Part shown: piece after piece, positions 57,456 to 64,000 of the stretch
Layout of the letters: every line of letters begins with the position of its first letter
Numbering within the stretch: position 1 is the stretch's first letter
NCBI GenBank assembly: GCA_016182605.1
Contig: JACPGE010000074.1
Coordinates: 1,694 to 65,693, forward strand
Length of the DNA stretch: 64,000 nt
Source: Candidatus Hydrogenedentota bacterium
Lineage (GTDB): Bacteria > Hydrogenedentota > Hydrogenedentia > Hydrogenedentales > JAEUWI01
Direction: 5' to 3'
Program-made: the position numbers and the translations under genes
The notes under the pieces: model-generated
Database searches by the model: none
What the model was told of the DNA's origin: nothing
The model's input: only the letters and a program-made list of their open reading frames with translations

Positions 57456-60263
57456 CTATTTCCTTGCACCCACCGTGAATTCTTCTGAATCAAGTTTGAT
57501 ATATTTCTTCCACGCATCACCGAAACGGATATCGAACTCTTTCTCCTTCCCTTTCACGGTGTTTGCCGCACCTCTAAAACAAAAGACAATCTGACCCGTA
57601 CTATAGTCTTTCCACGTCTTGATCTCTGCGGGACTGGTAATGGTCTTTTCCTGATCCGCCGGACTTATGAAATGGTACCGATTCCATTCTTGCAGACTGT
57701 CACACATGCCAAGCATGAATGCCATAGCCAAATCAATCCGCCATTTTTCATCAGTGTCCTCTGAAACCGCAGACAAGGTAATTTGCCGAAGATTGAACTG
57801 TTTTTTTGCATCGAGCGTAGCAGGCTTGTACAAAACGCCGTCCGGAAATTCTTCCCTATTCTCCGGATAGATATTGTGCGCGGCAACAGCCAGCAGCAAA
57901 TCCGAAACCTCCCCTTTGTACTTCCGCCAAAAGCTTGTTGGGTCATTGGTGCGTGCCCATTCTTTTATTTTCTTGACTTTGTTCTTGCTCATGCCTGGGA
58001 CATTCACTGTTGTGAGGCGGTCTCCGTTTCTATTAACGCAATCCGCCCAAAGCTCGTCCGTTAGGCGCACCCATTCAATCAAGCTGGCGGACATGAATCC
58101 ATGGTCCCAAAAAGATTCTCTTCCGGCTCCGATCTTACCGTCGGGTTCGTTCCCAGCCAAGAAATGGAAGATGTCTTTCAATCCACCCTCACTTAGCTCC
58201 ATATTTTTCTGGGCATCAAGCGGCAAAGCTGCGAACAAATGAGCCTTATCTGGAAAGCTTTTTGGATTTTTGATCTTGTCGCCAATAATAGACTCGGCGT
58301 TGATTGCTTTCACAAACGCCCCATTATCGAAGCTATTCACTGAATTCTTCTTGGCCTTGTATCCGCCCAGAACAACCAGCTGCACGTAGAACTCCCGGAA
58401 ATGGTTCAACTTATCCAGAGCGCGCTTCCGGTTACCCGCATAAGATGCATCCTTGCTCTCGAAGATATAACCCAAGTCATGGGTTAGCGCCGCAAGCGCC
58501 CAGTTCCGCATGAAGCGGTTCTCCACCGTGGGCCGAAGCAGTTCCTCCGGATTTTCTTGCTCTCTCTGAACAAGCGCGCGGATCTTCTCCGACTCGACAT
58601 AGAGATAGATGCCGAGAAGATAGACCATGACTGTATGCACGGTATGGTCCCGGTAGCCGGAATAGAAGGCATTATCATATTCCAGACGAAGCATAAAGCG
58701 GGTTATTATGGCAAGAGAGGGCACGCCAATACGCTCAAAGGTTTTGTCGATGATCTCTAATGCAAGCTGCGTCCGCCGGTCGCTTTTTTGGGTTCGCAAA
58801 AAACGCGCTATGAGGTCCAAGTCTGATTTCTCAATCAGAGCGGTCGCGCCTTCCGGTATGTCCGTTCTTTGCAACAGGTTAGTTATCGAGTAGTATATGC
58901 TCCCGTTGATGCCTTCGAGGTGCCCCTCTTCAGCCAAATCCCGGGGGATATCACCCAGCTGCCGTTCTATTTTCGAGCGGATCGTGGCCGGCGACTCAAG
59001 ACATAGTGCCCCCCCTTGCCTCGAATTGTTAATCTCCCCTACCCGTCGCTGAAGGGCCGACCGGCATTCCACAACATCGACAATGTCGTTGCAAGTTTCT
59101 AGTTCTATGGCTAACGCGCCGGAGAAGAATTCCAGCGTTCTTTTTCCATTGTTCTTTAAACGTTCTTGTTCTTCCATGTGCTCCAGATAGAGCACCAATA
59201 CATCGTCGAATGCCTCCAAGTCCCTGAAACGGCCGAGCGGAGAGTCCACCCAATGTGCGCCGACGGCATGATCGGCAATATGGGCGTGGAATATACGGGG
59301 GCGAAGGGCGCGGAGAAGCTTCAGATTCGACTTGGCGTCCTCCCCACCTCTTTTTTCTCCCTCCCGGTGCTTTATCCGCTCCTCCCAGACTTTGTAGTGA
59401 CCGATATCAAGATTTATACCAAGATGACTCTTTAATGCCTCTTTGTCTGTAATATCTGGTCGTTTCAACTCATCTATTGCAGCGTCAACGCATTCCAATA
59501 TTTCGTTGAGCCCCTTGATATTGTCCGCCATCGCAAGCGCGTAGGGTTCCATCTCCAATGCAATGCCGACATACGGCCACCGTTTGAGATGGGATCTCGC
59601 CCCAACAAAGGCGTCGATTAATCCCGTAGCGAAGGCCTTGCGCAACAGATTGTTCGCGAGGGAATCTGTCGGTGAGGAGACATATTCACTTTTTTCCTCG
59701 ATTTCACGGCTTATGGTCTCCCCGTCATCCCCAGCAATCTGAATAGTCTTCTGCGTACCAGGATAGGCGGGAATGCTCAGGACATTTCGGCCACAAACAA
59801 TTTCTACTACTCTTGTATTCAGCAGGTCAGCCAGAATGAGGGTAATCGTGACGTTTGCAATTGCCCGCTCACGCAACTTGGCAATTTGATTCTGGCGCTC
59901 GCTCAAAGCGCTGTCCTCGCCTGATCCCCCTGTTAGTAGAGGAAGGCCCAGATTGGGGAAATTGGTGGCCAGCGCCGGTATTTGCAGCGGCACAGCACCC
60001 GCACGTACGGCTTCGCTCACCTGGTTTGCCAGCGCCTCGGCGACCTTCAGGTGCCTCGACGGGTCTACGAAGCCGTTTTCGTCATCGCACACTCGCTTGC
60101 TGGCCCGGCATATGTCTGCCTCAGTCACAATAACGTCAACAGCATGGAAGCTATGGGAGGCGAGTGTTTTACAGGTGCGAGCCAGCGATGAAAATGGATC
60201 GCTGTCAGAGTTTGCCAATGAGTCGAATGACGATATCACTGAAATCATGAAGAGCCTCGTCAC
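57456..60263 (-). CDS. Fusion of a xylose-isomerase/AP-endonuclease-2-like TIM barrel (N) and an HD-superfamily phosphohydrolase (C)
   Basis: TIM metal ligands ALEMEP, NLDIGH, HAHIADH, AIELE; HD motifs YRDHTVH, LTHDLGY, DHGFMSA, AAHN, CDSLQEWNR; lower GC than the flanks. Confidence 0.8.
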   Translation of the reverse strand: MTRLFMISVISSFDSLANSDSDPFSSLARTCKTLASHSFHAVDVIVTEADICRASKRVCDDENGFVDPSRHLKVAEALANQVSEAVRAGAVPLQIPALATNFPNLGLPLLTGGSGEDSALSERQNQIAKLRERAIANVTITLILADLLNTRVVEIVCGRNVLSIPAYPGTQKTIQIAGDDGETISREIEEKSEYVSSPTDSLANNLLRKAFATGLIDAFVGARSHLKRWPYVGIALEMEPYALAMADNIKGLNEILECVDAAIDELKRPDITDKEALKSHLGINLDIGHYKVWEERIKHREGEKRGGEDAKSNLKLLRALRPRIFHAHIADHAVGAHWVDSPLGRFRDLEAFDDVLVLYLEHMEEQERLKNNGKRTLEFFSGALAIELETCNDIVDVVECRSALQRRVGEINNSRQGGALCLESPATIRSKIERQLGDIPRDLAEEGHLEGINGSIYYSITNLLQRTDIPEGATALIEKSDLDLIARFLRTQKSDRRTQLALEIIDKTFERIGVPSLAIITRFMLRLEYDNAFYSGYRDHTVHTVMVYLLGIYLYVESEKIRALVQREQENPEELLRPTVENRFMRNWALAALTHDLGYIFESKDASYAGNRKRALDKLNHFREFYVQLVVLGGYKAKKNSVNSFDNGAFVKAINAESIIGDKIKNPKSFPDKAHLFAALPLDAQKNMELSEGGLKDIFHFLAGNEPDGKIGAGRESFWDHGFMSASLIEWVRLTDELWADCVNRNGDRLTTVNVPGMSKNKVKKIKEWARTNDPTSFWRKYKGEVSDLLLAVAAHNIYPENREEFPDGVLYKPATLDAKKQFNLRQITLSAVSEDTDEKWRIDLAMAFMLGMCDSLQEWNRYHFISPADQEKTITSPAEIKTWKDYSTGQIVFCFRGAANTVKGKEKEFDIRFGDAWKKYIKLDSEEFTVGARK

Positions 60264-60289
60264 AAACGGTTGGTTTTCCCTGCTTCAAT

Positions 60290-62038
60290 TTAATTGGGAT
60301 AGGAAATGGAAACCTGTTTCTTCTCCGCAGGATCATATCCCTTTATTGTAATTCTTGCAGTGCCATCGGGCCTTCTGTTGTAGCTTCCCGTGAATCGCGC
60401 CTCGCCGCTATTGGCCCGCGTATCGATAATCTCTCCCTTGAATCCATCCCCCAAACCTTCCGCATTCTTTTCATCCTCTTCGAGTATCCACACATGAAGG
60501 GGAATGTCGACTTTCCGAAGCCTTTCCCTGAATTCACGCTCTTGCTGCAATAGACCGGGCGATGTGCTCAATGCCTCATACTGTTCCGGGAAGACACGTT
60601 GCAGGAGGTAGCCGCGCAATTGGCTTCGGTTCCGTAAAATTAACTTTGGCTTGCTGCTGGAATGAAAACTTGAAGCTCGCTCAATCCAGTGATCTGAGTA
60701 GCCCTGCTCGAAATATTTCGGTACGCAGACGTAGAACGCATGCACTGCGCCGCGGCCATGGTCTAATCTTCCCTCGTCTGCTTCGATTATCATCCGGCTG
60801 GCCCAAAGCCTCTTCATGGTGGTGCGGTGGAAGAGATCCCCGTTCCGGTGGAGATCGGTGCTGTCTGAAAATACGAAGTAAGGCGAAGGCGGCGCAAAAT
60901 GAGGTAATTTCTCCTCGGCGTCGGCTGTACCTTCGGCTGACCCACGGTTGGAACGAGCCATTCCGTGAATCAGGACCATATGCTGGTTCTCGGGCTTCGT
61001 TGGTCCCGGCGTCGCAGTCATGTCTGCAAGAAGTTCGCCGTCATCCTTGTCGCTGTACAATCGCTCTCTATCGACGGGGAAAAGGACCGGCATTCCTTGA
61101 TAGATGTAAGACGCAAGCTGTTCCACATATTCAGCTTCATCATCATAGTCATTGGCTGCTGTTGATTTGGGCGCGATATGCTCAACGAGAACTCTTCCAT
61201 TACAATATGTTTTGACCAGATCTTCCATGCGCTTTGGATTCATCGCGCCGATCTCGTATAGGTTAATCGGCGTACTTGCGACTTTTTCCAAACCCCAATT
61301 GAACTCACGTTTGGAAGGATTGGGTGCGTCAACCGTCAAGTGGGCTTCAAGAACCGCGAGTTCGTAAGGCGAATATATTGGCGCGAGGCCGCTCATAAGT
61401 ATGGCCGTTGCCAATACATTGTGTCCACACGCAGACCCAAAACTAGACGAAAAGAAGGGCAAACCGACAAATGGCCGGACGCCATAGGGTTTGGCATAGT
61501 AATTCATACACTGGGAATAGAAGGGGGACAAATTCATCGAGACCGGGGGACGCACATAACCCTCGCACACAGCTGGGTGACCAAAGGCATGTTTTTCCGA
61601 AAATTCTGGAATTGTGGCGTACTCCATGTGGACCGCCCAAGGACGCACAAAGAGAAATCCTGCATATCTTTCTGCTTGGTATTCACCATCCACAATGGCG
61701 GACTGAAAAAAATGAACCCGCCAAGCCCACCTTTGTTCTGTATCGGAGAGATACTCCCGTTCGTGGCTATACACAAAGGAATTGCCAATCTCTGGTTCTG
61801 AAAAAAACAGAAAGTCGCCAAAGCAATTGGCCATGGCCCGGAAGCTTTCCAAGAGCACCCTTGAGACTTCCTCATCACCGGCCTGCAATGTGCGTTTGTC
61901 CTTGAGACGAGAAATAAGGAATTTCTCCCCTGCTTCGTGAAACCTTTTTCCCGCCCCCGGAGCCGTCACGGGAACCAATCTCCGCACCGAATATGCAGGT
62001 GGATAAGCTATCCGATACTCCGCATCTTTGTCGCTCAT
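60290..62038 (-). CDS. Hypothetical protein with a papain-like (C39-like) cysteine peptidase core
   Basis: ATG 62038 after GGGGAG; SACGHNVL (Cys), LASYIYQGMPV, HMVLIHG (His), FVFSDS (Asp). Confidence 0.65.
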   Translation of the reverse strand: MSDKDAEYRIAYPPAYSVRRLVPVTAPGAGKRFHEAGEKFLISRLKDKRTLQAGDEEVSRVLLESFRAMANCFGDFLFFSEPEIGNSFVYSHEREYLSDTEQRWAWRVHFFQSAIVDGEYQAERYAGFLFVRPWAVHMEYATIPEFSEKHAFGHPAVCEGYVRPPVSMNLSPFYSQCMNYYAKPYGVRPFVGLPFFSSSFGSACGHNVLATAILMSGLAPIYSPYELAVLEAHLTVDAPNPSKREFNWGLEKVASTPINLYEIGAMNPKRMEDLVKTYCNGRVLVEHIAPKSTAANDYDDEAEYVEQLASYIYQGMPVLFPVDRERLYSDKDDGELLADMTATPGPTKPENQHMVLIHGMARSNRGSAEGTADAEEKLPHFAPPSPYFVFSDSTDLHRNGDLFHRTTMKRLWASRMIIEADEGRLDHGRGAVHAFYVCVPKYFEQGYSDHWIERASSFHSSSKPKLILRNRSQLRGYLLQRVFPEQYEALSTSPGLLQQEREFRERLRKVDIPLHVWILEEDEKNAEGLGDGFKGEIIDTRANSGEARFTGSYNRRPDGTARITIKGYDPAEKKQVSISYPN

Positions 62039-62115
62039 GTCTCCCCGTTGCCCTCTATCTTTCAGCGTGCCGAGCCCCAAAAAAAAACTGCCGCGCCACA
62101 CAAGGACGAGACAGT

Positions 62116-62144
62116 ATAGTACACCGCCAACTGAATTATGTAAA
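62116..62144 (-). promoter_or_regulatory. Putative sigma-70 promoter TTTACA-N17-TACTAT for the peptidase and TIM-HD genes
   Basis: Near-consensus hexamers with 17-nt spacing, ~80 nt before ATG 62038. Confidence 0.5.
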
Positions 62145-62172
62145 GTCAATTACATAGGAAATGCTTCGCTGG

Positions 62173-62544
62173 TCACTCTGGCCTCGATCTGATTCGTGCG
62201 TTCGAGGCAGCGAAACAATTGGGCCGGTCCTTAGACGTCAATGCATTTAACCGGTTCACAGCGTTAATAACAGTTGCATCCGATGCCCTTTTCTGGGTGT
62301 ATTTGAAGACAGTGTCAATCAAGTCTTCAAGCCCTGAGCCAAAAAGAAGCAGAAGCCGATTTGACACGTACTCATTCCTGCGCCAAGACGTAATCAACCC
62401 AACTGCAGTATCAGAAAGACCTTTAGTATTTGAATCCTCACTGAGACTTTTTCGAAGTTTTTTCCGCTCTTCATCAGTCAAATTGGCCAACGTCGGCACT
62501 GGCGTTGACGTAGTAGATCTAACCGCCGTTTCAGTCGTCATCAC
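62173..62544 (-). CDS. Small helical hypothetical protein (123 aa)
   Basis: GAGGTG RBS before GTG/ATG; co-oriented first gene of the island. Confidence 0.65.
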   Translation of the reverse strand: MMTTETAVRSTTSTPVPTLANLTDEERKKLRKSLSEDSNTKGLSDTAVGLITSWRRNEYVSNRLLLLFGSGLEDLIDTVFKYTQKRASDATVINAVNRLNALTSKDRPNCFAASNARIRSRPE

Positions 62545-62679
62545 TTTTCCACCTCACCGGGCTGCACATTTGGCAATATGCTTTCCATTCGTTTAGGAGT
62601 GCCATGGTACCGGTTCATAAATGCAAAATCAAATTCACGGCGGCGGCTCGATTGCAGTCTAAAGGTATAGATTGTCCAA

Positions 62680-62708
62680 ACGTTATCACACCGCCTCTGT
62701 GAAGTCAA
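62680..62708 (-). promoter_or_regulatory. Putative sigma-70 promoter TTGACT-N17-TAACGT with extended -10 TG
   Basis: Consensus-like hexamers upstream of the small island gene. Confidence 0.5.
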
Positions 62709-63469
62709 GGGATTTTTACCCTAATCGCATTAATGTTCATAACAAATCCAGATCATGCATCAAGGGCTGGGCGATGCCATAACTCCACGTGCAGATTCTA
62801 ATCATCATCTCCACAGTAAGCAAACTTCATGCCCATTCCAATAAAGCTCGAGCCTACCGTTCAGGGACGCATTCCCGACATGCACCCGAGGAAATACCGT
62901 AACATCCTAAAAACAGACCGCCTTTTGCAGCAACTAGACCACCAAAAGCACAAAAACATTCACGTGGCGATTGTTCACAGACACCTAATGCCGCATTTAA
63001 TGTTCGACTGCCAGTAATTGATTTGTCATGAATGAAATACATTTTGTTAAGTTAAGGCGGGCTTGCCAATTCGCAAAAAGCTACCGTATCGTAATCTGTC
63101 GACAGGCGTCAAACGGTCTGGTATTGCGTTCTGCGAGTCTCTTGACCATCCAATTTCGATGAATTGAACCCTGTCCACGGATAGTAGCCGCTCAGAACTC
63201 GACTGCGAACAAAGCTCCTCCAACAAATAGTAACACTGGAGCGGCCAAGTATTACAAGGCTATTCCATAATAATTGACGAGCAATAAACCCATTTCGCGC
63301 CTTGACTGCCTTTGCCGTTGTCGTCTTTCAATCCGTCCAAATGCCACGAGCTTCTGCAAGCCCTGAGCACTCCCTCCCCACAAATCACCTGGATTACCTC
63401 TGGACAAAATGCATAGAATCAATAATTCACGGTTCAGGCCGTCTCGAACCCTGCCGGTTTGCAGTGGCG

Positions 63470-64000
63470 TCAATCCTGAAAATCGCTTCGTAACTCAAAC
63501 CTGCCCACGGGATAGCCCGCTTCGTATCCAATGATGTAGGCGCCGGTGGGGCCCTCATAACGCACTTGGCCATCCCGCAGATCGAAATCATTCGGACCCT
63601 GGCGCCGCAGGCACGTTGCACTGGCCGGGTTGAGCCAGGTATCTGCCACGCGCTGCACAATGCGCGTCCGATCGCCAAGACTGTGTGCCGCGTCGGTGAA
63701 GACCTCGTTGTCCACTTGGGCTGCGTCGATAAAATGGGGCACTACATCAAGGCCGGCCCGGCCCATGACATCCACCATGTCCCGTTTGTCCTCGAAGGGG
63801 CACGTGGTGTCTTCCACACCGTGCACCGTGACGATCTTCGCGTTATTCCCCAGTTCTTTCATCCGCAGAAGATGGGGAAGGTACACCAGATCGCGCAGCA
63901 ACTGCCCGTCTGGATGCAGGTAGCGGGGACTCCTGGGATCGCGGCTGTAGCCGGCATTGAGTTCGCTGCCCGCGGGAAAATTGAAGGCCACGTCGTCGCT
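63470..64000 (-). CDS. Alpha/beta-hydrolase-like protein, probably DUF2920 family (3' part; 5' end beyond the window)
   Basis: Frame open to the window edge; TVHGVEDTTCP and AAHSLG acid/His motifs; C-terminal RQGPNDFDL...GYPVGRF; GC returns to host level. Confidence 0.65.
   Translation of the reverse strand, partial: SDDVAFNFPAGSELNAGYSRDPRSPRYLHPDGQLLRDLVYLPHLLRMKELGNNAKIVTVHGVEDTTCPFEDKRDMVDVMGRAGLDVVPHFIDAAQVDNEVFTDAAHSLGDRTRIVQRVADTWLNPASATCLRRQGPNDFDLRDGQVRYEGPTGAYIIGYEAGYPVGRFELRSDFQD

Noticed and set aside
1-64000. tRNA/rRNA genes, prophage, transposase or integrase
   Set aside because: No cloverleaf or rRNA-like segments and no phage structural, DDE or tyrosine-recombinase motifs seen by eye; tRNAscan and HMM searches were not run.

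Overview
High-GC bacterial chromosomal window. The lineage is probably Candidatus Hydrogenedentota or a PVC-like relative; this is inferred from DUF1559/H-X9-DG-type proteins carrying the REG(I/V)ERFFITDINNPA motif and from PSD1/DUF1501 pairs. Contents in order: an RND efflux operon; an ECF sigma/anti-sigma locus interrupted by a lower-GC insert (truncated InlB-B-repeat/3D-like protein plus a secreted partner); a large membrane protein coupled to a DUF1559-like protein; a polyamine-like cluster (methyltransferase/ATP-grasp fusion, SpeD-like, DHS-like, deacetylase, small kinase); a two-component set; three PSD1-cytochrome c/DUF1501 pairs; catabolic and transport genes; GH32; ThuA-like; and an AT-richer island encoding a small protein, a papain/C39-like peptidase and a TIM-barrel/HD-domain fusion. 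Four copies of a ~150-210 bp inverted-repeat element are dispersed through the window. I saw no rRNA, tRNA, CRISPR array, integrase or transposase. Best candidates for undescribed systems: (1) the ECF/DUF1559 locus, where a signature peptide missing from one DUF1559-like protein sits inside its coupled neighbour and both halves share a promoter-like motif; (2) the peptidase plus TIM-HD island; (3) the SpeE-less polyamine cluster. All family calls come from motif recognition by eye; no database search was run.
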